From positions 1 through 64,000 of the IMG/VR virus record IMGVR_UViG_3300032216_001476: a stretch of DNA of 64,000 nt. One strand, written 5' to 3'. Both the position numbers and the translations under genes were made by a program. This stretch comes from a virus (Duplodnaviria > Caudoviricetes). Below are positions 47,248-58,060 of the stretch, in pieces. How positions within the stretch are numbered: the stretch's first letter is position 1; the number at the start of each line of letters is the position of its first letter. A model generated the notes under the pieces. The model did not search any database. It had not been told where the DNA came from and saw nothing but the letters and a program-made list of their open reading frames with translations.

Positions 47248-48338
47248 TGGAACAAGAAGAAAAAAAAGAAAGACCTTATGGTGCAAAGTTGTATTCTGAA
47301 ATACTTGAACAAGGTCTTCTTTACGTAGAACAAAGAATGCAAGGTAAAGTGAGGTCATTTAAAACTCCTTGGGATGGTTTAAATGACTCTGGATTAAATG
47401 GTATTGACTGGGGTTCTATGATAACTATTGGTGCTAGACCTGGTTCAGGTAAAACTATGTTAGTAAATCAAATCTTAGGTGAATCTAAAAAAAATAATCC
47501 TGACCAAGATTTTAATATTTTAGAATTCCAATTTGAGATGAGAGCAGAAACTTCAGCAGGTAGAGCATTTGCTGTTGCTACTGGATTAGACTATAATCAA
47601 GTGTTAAGTAGTTACAAACAATTAGATGCTTTTTCATATGAACTTATGAAAAAACTAATTCAAGAAACAAAAGAACTTGAGAGTAAAGGAGTATATAGAA
47701 TACAAGTAACTAAGCCTCTATCTGCAAAAGAGATAGAAAAAGCTATTTATTTATATTATGAAAAACTGGGTTCAAAACCTTTGATTGTTACCATTGACCA
47801 CAGTTGGTTAATAAAAAAAGGTGCTGATGAAAAAGAGAAGATACAAACTCTGTATAACACTACAGAATATTTAATGAATCTAAAAAACAATATTCCTGTT
47901 ATAATATTTATGATTACCCAGCTTAATAGAAGTATGGATGATCCTAATAGAAAAGTACCTGGAAGTATTGTGAATTATCCCACATCTACAGATATATTTG
48001 GTGGTGATGCACTTATGCAAGGTTCTGATATGGTTTTAGTTATGAATAGACCTGAACCAAATGGTGTATCTATATATGGTAATAAGGGATATATTATGAC
48101 TGATACTAGTATTGCACTTCATATTATTAAGAATAGACATAGTAAAGGTGATAATAGTATTATATTCTTAGAAGCACAGTATCATTTAGGTAGAGCAGTA
48201 GAAACTATTGAACCACAAGTGAGTAATCCTTCAGGATTGGGTTATAATAGACTATCAAATCAGAAAAAAGTACCAAACTTAAAAACAGGAGCAGGTAAAC
48301 CTTTTATACCTAACACAGACATTCAAAACAATTTGTAA
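47247..48338 (+). CDS. dnaB: DnaB-like replicative helicase
   Basis: GARPGSGKT, FQFEM, IDH, TQLNR, IIKNRH. Confidence 0.9.
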   Translation: MEQEEKKERPYGAKLYSEILEQGLLYVEQRMQGKVRSFKTPWDGLNDSGLNGIDWGSMITIGARPGSGKTMLVNQILGESKKNNPDQDFNILEFQFEMRAETSAGRAFAVATGLDYNQVLSSYKQLDAFSYELMKKLIQETKELESKGVYRIQVTKPLSAKEIEKAIYLYYEKLGSKPLIVTIDHSWLIKKGADEKEKIQTLYNTTEYLMNLKNNIPVIIFMITQLNRSMDDPNRKVPGSIVNYPTSTDIFGGDALMQGSDMVLVMNRPEPNGVSIYGNKGYIMTDTSIALHIIKNRHSKGDNSIIFLEAQYHLGRAVETIEPQVSNPSGLGYNRLSNQKKVPNLKTGAGKPFIPNTDIQNNL

Positions 48339-48339
48339 A

Positions 48340-48855
48340 ATGGAAAAAACAATAAGAGAACAACAACTTGAAAAAAGCAGGAACTATCACAAAAACTTAA
48401 TAGCTAAGTTAAATATTCCTGTTGGAGACTTTAATATTAAAGTTCCGTTCAAAAACTTTCACAATGAACCAGTTGTAGGAATTTTTGCATCAGAATTTAA
48501 AAAGAAAAATGGTTTTTATTTTGAACTTGTAAAGGGTGATACATACGAACCTGTAGATGAAAGTGATAGAAGAGTATATAAAATACCCTTCAATACAAAC
48601 TTTGAGGAAGAATTTGAAATGAATCCCAAAGCTATGTTTCTTGTTCCCCTTGATGAACTTAAATTTATATCTGATACAAACGCAGTTATTAATACTCCCA
48701 CTGTAGATAATTCTATATCTAAACCAGATGTAGCATCATCTGTAGATGATGCACCTCTATCTGACCTCACTATAAAAGATGTAGTTGCTATATTCTTTAA
48801 TATGCCTGTGAGTAATAAAATATGGTTAAACGATATAATAAAAAGAAAACAATAA
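48340..48855 (+). CDS. Hypothetical protein
   Basis: C-terminal DAPLSDLTIKD...PVS.K.WLN motif. Confidence 0.65.
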   Translation: MEKTIREQQLEKSRNYHKNLIAKLNIPVGDFNIKVPFKNFHNEPVVGIFASEFKKKNGFYFELVKGDTYEPVDESDRRVYKIPFNTNFEEEFEMNPKAMFLVPLDELKFISDTNAVINTPTVDNSISKPDVASSVDDAPLSDLTIKDVVAIFFNMPVSNKIWLNDIIKRKQ

Positions 48856-48858
48856 CAT

Positions 48859-49542
48859 ATGGCAAGTAGTGTATTAATTATCGCAGATCCAGGGAGTGGT
48901 AAATCTACCAGTATTGAGAACTTAGATCCAAGTGAAACTTTTATCATCAATGTGGCAAATAAACCATTGCCATTTAAAGGATGGAAAAAAAAGTATACAT
49001 TTTGGACTAAAGACAACCAAAGTGGTAATATGTATAATGGCTCAACCGCTAATCAAATAGAGGCAGCTATGAAATACGTGAGTGAAAAACGTCCTGAAAT
49101 CAAAACTATTGTAATTGATGACTTTCAATATATGTCATCATTTGAATTCTTTGATAGGAGTGACGAGAAAGGTTATGAGAAATTTACTCAAATTGGTGCA
49201 CACTTAGCAAAAATATCTAGGTATCCAAAAGATCTTAGAGATGATTTAATGGTTTTCTTTTTAACTCATGCTGAAGAATCTACTGATATGGAAGGCAAGA
49301 GAAGAGTTAAAGCTAAAACTATTGGTAAGATGGTAGATGAAAAACTTAGTTTAGAAGGTTTATTTAGTATTGTATTATTTGGTAAGGTTAAAAAAGATAA
49401 AGATGGAAATATTCGTTATATCTTTGAAACCAAGAACAATGGTGAGAATACTTGTAAATCACCAAAAGGTATGTTTTCAGACTTTGAAATACCCAATGAT
49501 TTACAATTTGTAAAAAAAGCAATAACAGAATACGAAAATTAA
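48859..49542 (+). CDS. AAA_24-type ATPase (Sak4-like recombinase)
   Basis: PGSGKSTS, IVIDDFQY, KTIGK, CKSPKGMF. Confidence 0.85.
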   Translation: MASSVLIIADPGSGKSTSIENLDPSETFIINVANKPLPFKGWKKKYTFWTKDNQSGNMYNGSTANQIEAAMKYVSEKRPEIKTIVIDDFQYMSSFEFFDRSDEKGYEKFTQIGAHLAKISRYPKDLRDDLMVFFLTHAEESTDMEGKRRVKAKTIGKMVDEKLSLEGLFSIVLFGKVKKDKDGNIRYIFETKNNGENTCKSPKGMFSDFEIPNDLQFVKKAITEYEN

Positions 49543-49554
49543 AAACAAAACAAG

Positions 49555-50163
49555 ATGTTTAACACAAAAGGTCAAGAAGCAAAATCAACAGGAGTAAACA
49601 AAAACATTGAACCAGGTATTGTATATGCACACGTGTTCGATGGCTCACTCAAAGTGTCAGCTAACACAGGTAAAAAATCATTAGAGTTAATACTTGAAAC
49701 ACCTGAAATAAAAGACTTTCAGGGATGGAGTATAACCAAAGGTGATGATAATGGTCCTAAGTTTAAAGGTCAAAGTGGTAGAGTTAGTGCAACTGTATGG
49801 ACAGATCAATTTAATGAGTCTAATATCAATAAGAATGAAATCCTATATAAACTCACTGTTATTGCAACCGAGTTAGGAGTTCGTGATGAAATTGACAATG
49901 TATCTGCAAATAGCATTGAAGATTGGGTTTCTCAAGTGATAAATATCATTAAGAACAAAGATCTTTATTGGTTTATTAAAGGTGAAGAACAAGAATATAA
50001 TGGTAAAATCACTGTTAAACTTAGTCTTCCCAAGTATAAATTTGTAAATAGTGATGATGCTAAACTAGATAAGTTTGATAAAAATAACATCTATCATTAT
50101 AAGCAAATCAAAAATCAAAAAGTATCTGGTTTTGAACCATCTACTGATGATTTTCAAATGTAG
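49555..50163 (+). CDS. Putative ssDNA-binding protein
   Basis: Follows Sak4-like gene; acidic/aromatic C-terminus DDFQM; terminator downstream. Confidence 0.6.
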   Translation: MFNTKGQEAKSTGVNKNIEPGIVYAHVFDGSLKVSANTGKKSLELILETPEIKDFQGWSITKGDDNGPKFKGQSGRVSATVWTDQFNESNINKNEILYKLTVIATELGVRDEIDNVSANSIEDWVSQVINIIKNKDLYWFIKGEEQEYNGKITVKLSLPKYKFVNSDDAKLDKFDKNNIYHYKQIKNQKVSGFEPSTDDFQM

Positions 50164-50202
50164 TAATTCTTAGTTCTGTATATTTCATGTGTTTTAATTT
50201 AG

Positions 50203-50232
50203 AGGGGGTGTTTCTACACCCCCTATTTTTTT
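50203..50232 (+). terminator. Intrinsic terminator
   Basis: AGGGGGTGT-TTCT-ACACCCCCT plus T tract. Confidence 0.8.
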
Positions 50233-50242
50233 AACTTATTTT

Positions 50243-51232
50243 ATGTTTAATGTAAAAAATCTTGTTTATAAAATTTCAGATGTCCCTAGTACGTGGATAT
50301 TTGAGACTTTTTGTAATTTAAAAGAGAAATTAAACGGACAGGATATTAAAATTAAAAGTTTATTTAATCCTGATGAACGTACACCTAGTATGTGTATTTA
50401 TATGGATGTGAAAACAGGAGACTACAGATTTAAAGATTTCTCCACTGGTAAATACGGTAATGGTATACAACTAGTAAAAGAACTATATAAAACTTCTGAT
50501 TATTCTGCTTTCTCACAACTTATAATAGACAAGTATAATGAATTTGTATTGCTGAATGACGGTAATATTGAAAACAAATCATTTACAAAACAATCTAAAT
50601 TTAAAGTGACTAATTATCATATTAGAGATTGGTCAAAGGAAGATGAATTGTTTTGGACAAAATTCAATATTGGCAGTAAATTATTAAATTATTACAATGT
50701 AAAACCATTAAGTAGTTATACAATTTCTAAACAAACTGAATTTGGTGATATAAATTTAGATATAGCAGGTTCTAATCTCTATGGTTATTTTAAAAATGAT
50801 CAGTCATTGTACAAAATTTATCAACCAAAAAATCTAGATAAAAAGTTTCTTAAAGTTTCTGATTACATACAAGGTTCTGAACAACTTGAAAAACATAAGT
50901 ATTTAGTTATAACTTCAAGTTTAAAGGATATAATGTCTATCAAAAGTTTAAACTTAAAAATAGATATTATAGCACCTGATTCTGAAAACTCTTTAATTGA
51001 TTCTAAACTAATGAAGCAATACATCAAATCCTATAAAAAAGTGATTATCATCTTTGATAATGATGATGCTGGCATAGAATCAATGAGAAAGTATAAAGAA
51101 AAATACAAAGAAGTTGAAATATCTTTATTACCTATGAGTAAAGATATATCTGATTCTATTAAAAACTATGGCGTTAGAGAAGTTAAACTTCGATTAATAC
51201 CAATTATTAATAGTAAAATACAAAATGTTTAA
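50243..51232 (+). CDS. DNA primase (TOPRIM)
   Basis: ERTPS...FKDFS N-domain, ITSSLKD, FDNDDAG, KDISD. Confidence 0.85.
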   Translation: MFNVKNLVYKISDVPSTWIFETFCNLKEKLNGQDIKIKSLFNPDERTPSMCIYMDVKTGDYRFKDFSTGKYGNGIQLVKELYKTSDYSAFSQLIIDKYNEFVLLNDGNIENKSFTKQSKFKVTNYHIRDWSKEDELFWTKFNIGSKLLNYYNVKPLSSYTISKQTEFGDINLDIAGSNLYGYFKNDQSLYKIYQPKNLDKKFLKVSDYIQGSEQLEKHKYLVITSSLKDIMSIKSLNLKIDIIAPDSENSLIDSKLMKQYIKSYKKVIIIFDNDDAGIESMRKYKEKYKEVEISLLPMSKDISDSIKNYGVREVKLRLIPIINSKIQNV

Positions 51233-51263
51233 AATCAGATTGTTATATTTGTATCTATAAAGT

Positions 51264-51665
51264 GTGGATATCATGGCGGCTACTAAAAAAACTACAAGAA
51301 CAAAAACACCACGTACTAGAAATTCTGGTACCATGACAGAGTCTGCGTTTTGGAGTTTTATTAGAAGTGCTTTAAGACAGAAATCTAGATTTTGGAAACC
51401 TATAACAGAATGTAAACTAAAAGCAAAAAGAAAATATAAAGGTGATAACAAGAGACAAAAGTTTGAATATCAATGTAATAAGTGTAAAAACTGGTTTCCT
51501 GAAAAACAAATTGCTGTTGATCATGTTATACCTGCTGGTAGTTTAAATTGTTATAACGATCTTCCAGGATTTGTAGAACGTCTGTTCTGTGAAACAGACA
51601 ATCTGCAGGTACTCTGTGAGAGCTGTCACAATACTAAAACTCAAGCAGAAAAAAGTAAAGTATGA
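51264..51665 (+). CDS. HNH endonuclease
   Basis: CNKC, VDHVIP, NLQVLCESCH..KT; start probably ATG 51273. Confidence 0.85.
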   Translation: MDIMAATKKTTRTKTPRTRNSGTMTESAFWSFIRSALRQKSRFWKPITECKLKAKRKYKGDNKRQKFEYQCNKCKNWFPEKQIAVDHVIPAGSLNCYNDLPGFVERLFCETDNLQVLCESCHNTKTQAEKSKV

Positions 51666-51883
51666 GTACAGAAAAACAAATAAAAGCTCGTAAGTCTTAC
51701 AAGTTTTATAAAAACGTATTTCAATTGGCTAATGAACGTCAGCCTAAAGAATTACTGAAGTATATCCATACATATATGGAAAGTGGTAACAAACATGGTT
51801 CTGTATCTAATGCAAACTGGGCCATGGAATCTATTGATCAAGTTTTAAAAGAAAATCATGTCAGTACAAACAGTATATGCTAG
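51662..51883 (+). CDS. Hypothetical protein
   Basis: Overlapping operon arrangement. Confidence 0.55.
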   Translation: MSTEKQIKARKSYKFYKNVFQLANERQPKELLKYIHTYMESGNKHGSVSNANWAMESIDQVLKENHVSTNSIC

Positions 51884-52103
51884 AAAATGTGACCACTGTT
51901 CTAAAGGAATGGATTATGGTTATACAGTAAACGAAGGTGAAGAATACTATTGTTCAAATGAGTGTCTTCATAAACACTATACTGAAGATGAATGGGCGGA
52001 TATGCATGACAATGGAGATGGTGATTCATATTGGACAGAGTGGGATGATCCCATTGACATTCAGTATATATTAGTCGGTAATGAAGTAAAAGAAATAGGA
52101 TAA
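51858..52103 (+). CDS. Zn-finger protein
   Basis: CDHC...YCSNEC...YWTEW. Confidence 0.65.
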   Translation: MSVQTVYARKCDHCSKGMDYGYTVNEGEEYYCSNECLHKHYTEDEWADMHDNGDGDSYWTEWDDPIDIQYILVGNEVKEIG

Positions 52104-52117
52104 TAAAACATATAGTT

Positions 52118-52351
52118 ATGCCTGAATTACACGAGACCATGATGGGTCGTAAACTTATAGAGCACACACTTCCTAACATAGGAGATCAGTTAAAACGTAT
52201 AGCTGATTCATTGGAGAAAAAAACCAGTTCAAAAGATGTAATAGAAATTGGTATCTATTATTATACTGACGAAAATGGAAAGAAAGTATATGACATAGAA
52301 GAAATGTACAGAGAATTTGAAACAAAGATTCAAGAATTTGATAAACCTTAA
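52118..52351 (+). CDS. Hypothetical protein
   Basis: HETMMGRK...LP.I...L.RIAD.LE. Confidence 0.65.
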   Translation: MPELHETMMGRKLIEHTLPNIGDQLKRIADSLEKKTSSKDVIEIGIYYYTDENGKKVYDIEEMYREFETKIQEFDKP

Positions 52352-52512
52352 GTTATGCAAGACCCAATGTTTTCAGTAGAAGCTGTGGACGCTGCAGTTG
52401 ACTACAAAATGAAGTATGATGAGCTACTGCATTTTATTGAAATAGTAGAAGCTCTCACTTATGATGAAATGACATCTAAACGTATTGGTAACTTTTTAAA
52501 AGAAAAAGGTAT

Positions 52513-52956
52513 ATGGACATAACCATTAACGATGTAATAAAAAAATATCCTAAAATATTCCAAGACTACAAAGGTAATCCTAGAGGAGTCAACTGGAAAG
52601 ATATACCTGATGGATGGGTTTCTGTTGTAGATACTTTATGTAAATCTATTCAGCATTATATAGATGAAACTAGTAAATGGAATAATGAAGAGAAGAAGTT
52701 TGTTAATCCACCACAAGTAGTTTGTTCACAAATGAAAGAAAAATATGGTGGTTTAAGATTTTATACTGATGGTCATGATGATATAGTTGAAGGTATGATA
52801 CATATGGCTGAAGTAATGTGTGATAATATATGTCAAGATTGTGGTAGAGATAAAGATCTTGGTACAACATCACAATATATTATGACAATATGTAGAGGTT
52901 GTATACAATATCATGGAGATAGAGCTATGGCTAATTGGAATGAAAAAACTATTTAA
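52513..52956 (+). CDS. Conserved phage protein (QxKEKxGGLRFY, CxxC)
   Basis: DGW...QMKEKYGGLRFY...CQDCG. Confidence 0.7.
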   Translation: MDITINDVIKKYPKIFQDYKGNPRGVNWKDIPDGWVSVVDTLCKSIQHYIDETSKWNNEEKKFVNPPQVVCSQMKEKYGGLRFYTDGHDDIVEGMIHMAEVMCDNICQDCGRDKDLGTTSQYIMTICRGCIQYHGDRAMANWNEKTI

Positions 52957-52957
52957 T

Positions 52958-53299
52958 ATGGAAAAAAAACAACCACAATCTTTTTCTGAATGGTTAAACT
53001 CTTCGCAAACTCAAAAGATGATGCATAGAGTTGGTAAACAGTATGATGAATCTGTAAAAAAATTATCAGAATTACTAACAGATGAAATGGTTAGTGATAT
53101 TAAAAAATGGAGAATTGGAGATGGACCTGATGATTTAACTACACATTCTTGGAGATCTTTAGCCTGTGAATTTCATGATAAGTATGAAGCTTTTTCAAAT
53201 GAAAATTCAATTGACTATGGTAATCAAATTTCTGGTATGCAACTTTGTGAAGCTGCAATGATTAAACTAAACGAAAAAGCAGAAGACGGATGGAACTAG
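52958..53299 (+). CDS. Hypothetical protein
   Basis: Likely start MEKKQ at 52958; GNQISGMQLC..A motif. Confidence 0.6.
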   Translation: MEKKQPQSFSEWLNSSQTQKMMHRVGKQYDESVKKLSELLTDEMVSDIKKWRIGDGPDDLTTHSWRSLACEFHDKYEAFSNENSIDYGNQISGMQLCEAAMIKLNEKAEDGWN

Positions 53300-54318
53300 A
53301 TGATATCTTACAAGAGTCTATTAAAATACACGAAGAGGAATTTTACAGTAAAAAAATGTATTATTCTTATAGTAGTTTAAATAAGTTGATGTGGAATCCA
53401 CAAGCTTATTATCAATCGTATGTTCTAAATATAAAAGAAGAAAAATTAGATGGTCATCTTGTAAATGGTAAGCTTATACATTTATTACTTCTAGAACCTG
53501 AAAAGTTTGATGAAGTATTTATAATGAGTCCTATTAGTTTACCTGGAGATAGTATAAAGAAAGTGGTTCATAGAGTGTACGAACACCATGTTGAATTGTA
53601 TCAAAATGGTGATGCGAGAGAAAATCTTGAAGATTTTACTGATGCTATTATAGACATCTTAAAAGATATTAATTTATACCAATCATTAAAAACAGATCAG
53701 CAAAGAATTGAAAAAATTCTTACACCTGAAGCTTTTAATTATTGGAACTATCTTAAAATGAAAAAAGATAAAACTATAATAGATGATGAAACTTTTAAGT
53801 TTTGTTTAAGTGCTGTAGATATTATTAAAACTCACAATAACATTATTGAACTTCTAGGTCTAAATGTTACTGATTTTGATAATAAACAAGTATTTAATGA
53901 ACTACCCTTTCAAATAGATCTTCCAAATAAAACATACGGTTTTAGAGGTATCATAGATAATATGGTTGTAGATCATACTAATCGCACCATTTTTATAAAT
54001 GATATAAAAACAACGAGTAAAGAATTAAAAAACTTCTCCGAAAGTGTTGAATTCTACTCATATTGGATGCAAGCAATTATATATAATATTGCTGTAACCT
54101 TAAAATATGGTTCTTATTTAGAACAAGGATATACATTAAAGTTTCATTTTATCGTAATTGATAAAATGTTTCAAACATATGCGTTTCCAGTTAGTGAAAC
54201 TACATTAAATTATTGGCTTGATAGATTTGAAAAAGTCTTACAACAAGCTGAATGGCATTATAATAATAAGGATTATAGTCTACCTTATGAATTTGCTACA
54301 AGTAGTGTAATTCTTTAA
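53290..54318 (+). CDS. PD-(D/E)XK nuclease (RecE/Cas4-like)
   Basis: SYSSLN, GIIDN...NDIKTT, YWMQA.IY. Confidence 0.85.
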   Translation: MELDDILQESIKIHEEEFYSKKMYYSYSSLNKLMWNPQAYYQSYVLNIKEEKLDGHLVNGKLIHLLLLEPEKFDEVFIMSPISLPGDSIKKVVHRVYEHHVELYQNGDARENLEDFTDAIIDILKDINLYQSLKTDQQRIEKILTPEAFNYWNYLKMKKDKTIIDDETFKFCLSAVDIIKTHNNIIELLGLNVTDFDNKQVFNELPFQIDLPNKTYGFRGIIDNMVVDHTNRTIFINDIKTTSKELKNFSESVEFYSYWMQAIIYNIAVTLKYGSYLEQGYTLKFHFIVIDKMFQTYAFPVSETTLNYWLDRFEKVLQQAEWHYNNKDYSLPYEFATSSVIL

Positions 54319-54329
54319 AAAATGATTAA

Positions 54330-54878
54330 ATGATAGAAAGTTTATATAGTAAATACTTTCAAAAATCTAAATCATTTTTATATCCAGCTCTAGGGATTAC
54401 TAAAAAGAATAAGATATCTCCCATAGGTACTTATATATCTATCAAAGGTAAAATAGGACCTGAAGAGATGAAACTCATTTGTGTTTTTAAGTATTCTAAT
54501 TCACAAGAATATAAAGACTTTGAGTCACAAATGCTATTAAGTAATCCTTTGTTTGAAAAACACTTTGAGACTAAAGGATATAAAATATACATTTTCAATA
54601 TGGAAATGTATAAACATGATTGGTTTTCGTTTTTACTGGGAAAATATTCTCAATTAAGTTCTGTATTAAAAAAAGCTATAAGACATTATTATGGTGACAA
54701 ATCATCAGAATATAAATACATTGATTCATATTTATACCCTGAAAAGTATTTTGAACTATATTCTAAACTTCTAGCCGTTGATATTAAGGTTTTAAAGTCT
54801 ACTGGAGAACTCTGTAGTGCTTGTGATTTGGATAAAGAAACACTGGAAATTCCAAAAGAAGATTTGGATTTATTGTAA
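54330..54878 (+). CDS. Conserved hypothetical protein
   Basis: FLYP.LG...F..GKYS...YLYPE.YF...KETL. Confidence 0.65.
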   Translation: MIESLYSKYFQKSKSFLYPALGITKKNKISPIGTYISIKGKIGPEEMKLICVFKYSNSQEYKDFESQMLLSNPLFEKHFETKGYKIYIFNMEMYKHDWFSFLLGKYSQLSSVLKKAIRHYYGDKSSEYKYIDSYLYPEKYFELYSKLLAVDIKVLKSTGELCSACDLDKETLEIPKEDLDLL

Positions 54879-54895
54879 AACTGAACTTATATTTG
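54863..54895 (+). promoter_or_regulatory. Bacteroidota sigma-70 type promoter
   Basis: TTTG-N21-TATATTTG. Confidence 0.6.
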
Positions 54896-54911
54896 TATAA
54901 ACATTAAAAGA

Positions 54912-55316
54912 ATGGACAAAACAATGATGCTAATCACCTCTAGGTGGGTTAACAAAAAGACCTTCAAGATGATACCTACTACCTCTCAATCTCCTTATAA
55001 TGAAGCTATTTTTGATTTGGATAGTAAGGTGCTTGCTTTAATTAGCAAAGAGAAGAAAGAAAGTTTTCATATGTTACCCAGGTTAAATGAGTTTGGAGAT
55101 CTTCAACCTCTTAAAATTGGAAAAAGAACCAATGGTAAAGATTATGCTGAAGAACGTAAAACTCTGGATACCTACTATGAATATTTCATAGAAGAACGTA
55201 ATGAAATTGAAAACTTTGTAAAAACATTTGCCGTTAATAGTAAAGATTTCGATATTAAATCTTACCTTGACGAAGCATTTGAGAATCAAGAAGAGAGTTT
55301 GATTGTCAAACCATAA
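54912..55316 (+). CDS. Hypothetical protein upstream of polymerase
   Basis: 134-aa ORF. Confidence 0.7.
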   Translation: MDKTMMLITSRWVNKKTFKMIPTTSQSPYNEAIFDLDSKVLALISKEKKESFHMLPRLNEFGDLQPLKIGKRTNGKDYAEERKTLDTYYEYFIEERNEIENFVKTFAVNSKDFDIKSYLDEAFENQEESLIVKP

Positions 55317-55363
55317 CTAACAATAAAAAATAAGGGGGAACAGCTTAACTGAACAAAAAGGTT

Positions 55364-57304
55364 ATGTCATCTGAAAAAAAAGACCATTGGGTAATGGACT
55401 ATGAGACTATTTGTAATTGTTTCATAGGAGTATTTCAACACTACACAGATGAGTCACAAAGAAAGATATTTATAATCAATGAAAATCAGAACGATTACAT
55501 TGATTTAATATCTTTCTTTGAAAATAACATAAAGCATAAAGAATACCATATATCTTATAATGGTTTAGCTTTTGACTCACAAATTACAGAACATCTTCTA
55601 CAAAGAAAATCTAGATTCCTCAAACTAGATGGTAAATCCCTAGCAAAAGAAATATATGAGTATGCTCAAAAAGTAATAGAGCGATCTGACTCAAACACAT
55701 TTCAAGAGTATCCCCCATTCAAACTTAGTATTAAACAGATTGATTTATTTAAAATGAATCACTGGGATAATCGTGCTAAGATGAGTAGTCTTAAATGGAT
55801 ACAATATAGTATGGATTGGTATAATGTAGAAGAGATGCCTCATCATCACAATAAACCTATCAAAACTATTGAGGAATTAGACAATGTTATAAGTTATTGT
55901 ATTAATGATGTACTCTCAACTAAAGAAATATTACAATATTCTAAAGAGCAAATAGTGTTAAGACAAACCTTAACCAAAGAATATAATATTGATTTGTATA
56001 GTGCATCTGAACCTAGAATTTCTAAAGAACTGTTTCTACATTTCCTTAGTAATAAACTAGAAATGGAGAAAAGTGAAATTAAAACTTTAAGAACTCCACG
56101 CAGTAGTATAGTAATTGGAGATTGTATACTACCTTATATTAAATTTAAGACTCCTGTTTTCCAAGAACTACTCAAATACTTTCAAAACAAAACCATCACA
56201 TCTACAAAAGACGGTTTTAAATACACAGTGAACTATAAAGGTATTAAAACTGATTATGGTTTAGGCGGTATTCATGGTTCTATAGATGCTGATATATACA
56301 CAGCTAATCCTGGTTGGACTATTATGACATCTGACGTTACTAGTTTCTATCCTAATTTAGCTATACGTAATGGATTTCACCCACAACATCTTCCTAAAAA
56401 AGACTTCTGTGAATTGTATGAATGGTTCTTTGAAGAACGTAAAAAAATACCAAAGTCTGATCCTAAAAACTATGTATATAAGATTATTCTTAATAGTACT
56501 TATGGTTTAACTGGTGATGAAAATAGTTTTTTGTACGATCCTAAAATGACAATGCAAATCACTGTTAATGGTCAACTTCTACTAACAATGTTATATGAGA
56601 TGTTGACCATTGCTATTCCTGAAGCTATTCCATTGATGCAAAATACTGATGGTTTGGAAATGATTATTCCAAACAATAAGATTGAAACATACATGCAAGT
56701 ATGTAAAGAATGGGAAGCTTTAACTCAATTACAATTAGAACATGATGAATATTCCAAGATGATTATTCGTGATGTAAATAATTATATTGCAGTACATAAG
56801 AATGGTAAAGTTAAATGTAAAGGTGCATTTGAGTGGGAAGATTTACATAAAAAGAAAGTAGCAGTATTTCATAAAAACAAAAGTTTTCTAATTATTCCTA
56901 AAGCCATATATGCATATTTTGTTAATGGTATAAAACCTGAAGATTTTATAGAAGTGAACAATAATATATTTGATTATTGTGCTGGTGTAAAATCTAAAAG
57001 TGGTTGGTATTATGAAGCAAGAGCTGTAGAAAATGGTGAAGTAGTTTGTAAAAAACTACAAAAAATAGTTAGATATTATATTTCAAATTCGGGTTCAAAA
57101 TTAGTTAAATGTAATCCAGATGGTCGTGAAATTCAAGTAGAAGCTGGCATATGGATGCAAAATGTCGTAAACAATTTAGATGCAACTGTACCATTTAATA
57201 GTTATGACATCAATAAAAAGTATTATCTAGATTCTATTTATAAAGAAATCAATCAAATAGAAAAATTAAAATCTAGAGGATACACACAACTTTCACTATT
57301 TTAA
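55364..57304 (+). CDS. polB: DNA polymerase family B
   Basis: Exo DYET, YNGLAFD, YCIND; Pol SDVTSFYPN, KIILNSTYG, NTDG. Confidence 0.93.
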   Translation: MSSEKKDHWVMDYETICNCFIGVFQHYTDESQRKIFIINENQNDYIDLISFFENNIKHKEYHISYNGLAFDSQITEHLLQRKSRFLKLDGKSLAKEIYEYAQKVIERSDSNTFQEYPPFKLSIKQIDLFKMNHWDNRAKMSSLKWIQYSMDWYNVEEMPHHHNKPIKTIEELDNVISYCINDVLSTKEILQYSKEQIVLRQTLTKEYNIDLYSASEPRISKELFLHFLSNKLEMEKSEIKTLRTPRSSIVIGDCILPYIKFKTPVFQELLKYFQNKTITSTKDGFKYTVNYKGIKTDYGLGGIHGSIDADIYTANPGWTIMTSDVTSFYPNLAIRNGFHPQHLPKKDFCELYEWFFEERKKIPKSDPKNYVYKIILNSTYGLTGDENSFLYDPKMTMQITVNGQLLLTMLYEMLTIAIPEAIPLMQNTDGLEMIIPNNKIETYMQVCKEWEALTQLQLEHDEYSKMIIRDVNNYIAVHKNGKVKCKGAFEWEDLHKKKVAVFHKNKSFLIIPKAIYAYFVNGIKPEDFIEVNNNIFDYCAGVKSKSGWYYEARAVENGEVVCKKLQKIVRYYISNSGSKLVKCNPDGREIQVEAGIWMQNVVNNLDATVPFNSYDINKKYYLDSIYKEINQIEKLKSRGYTQLSLF

Positions 57305-57313
57305 ATTTACAAA

Positions 57314-58054
57314 ATGCCTAAAAGAGTTTTAGAAGTTTCAGAAAATGAAGTATTAGATAATACAAGACATTCTATTATATCAAGTTTTATTGCAAATGCA
57401 AAAACTATTATAAACAATAAAAATTTTATTGTTTATAATACTTATTATAAAGTTACAGAAAACTATGATACAGTAGAAGTAGCTTATAACTTAGGATCTT
57501 ATGGTTTTGTAAACAATCTATTTTTAATTTGTACTGTTTCAAATATAAAATCTTATAAATTTAAAGCTATAATCAAATGTGATAATTTGACATTTGGTAG
57601 TAGTTCAAAAGTATTTAGGAAGAACTTGACAGTAAATGATAGTTTAGATATGATTGGAACATTACTATTAAATGTTCCAAATGAAGTGGGTGCGTTAAAA
57701 AACTTTAACTATGCACTTGATATTAAAAAAATTACTAAAAAAGAAATTTCTGAAATAGTTGGTCATCTTTACTTTCATGAAGAAATTCTAACATCTTCTC
57801 AAATTAGTTTACTAAAAAAAGAATATAATTTGAGTTCAAGAATTAATACTTATTTAGATTTCTATAATAAGATTAGTATTGTTTTGGAATTATCACATCC
57901 AAATTCTTATATGAATAATCATTATATACTTTCTAACTTCTTTTTAAATAAGATTCTTGATTCTTATCCTAATGCAGAAACGGTTAGTGTAGAACCACAA
58001 GAAATAGCAGTTCAAAAAGAAGAAGAAGTACTTTTTGGTGTAAATTTTTTATAA
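57314..58054 (+). CDS. Divergent DUF932-like protein
   Basis: Weak resemblance only (ILTSSQ.S...FYN....L..SHP). Confidence 0.4.
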   Translation: MPKRVLEVSENEVLDNTRHSIISSFIANAKTIINNKNFIVYNTYYKVTENYDTVEVAYNLGSYGFVNNLFLICTVSNIKSYKFKAIIKCDNLTFGSSSKVFRKNLTVNDSLDMIGTLLLNVPNEVGALKNFNYALDIKKITKKEISEIVGHLYFHEEILTSSQISLLKKEYNLSSRINTYLDFYNKISIVLELSHPNSYMNNHYILSNFFLNKILDSYPNAETVSVEPQEIAVQKEEEVLFGVNFL

Positions 58055-58060
58055 GAAATT

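Noticed and set aside
17445-57304. Introns or inteins in terminase, helicases or polymerase
   Set aside because: Genes are continuous and of ordinary length, with no intein termini or split motifs
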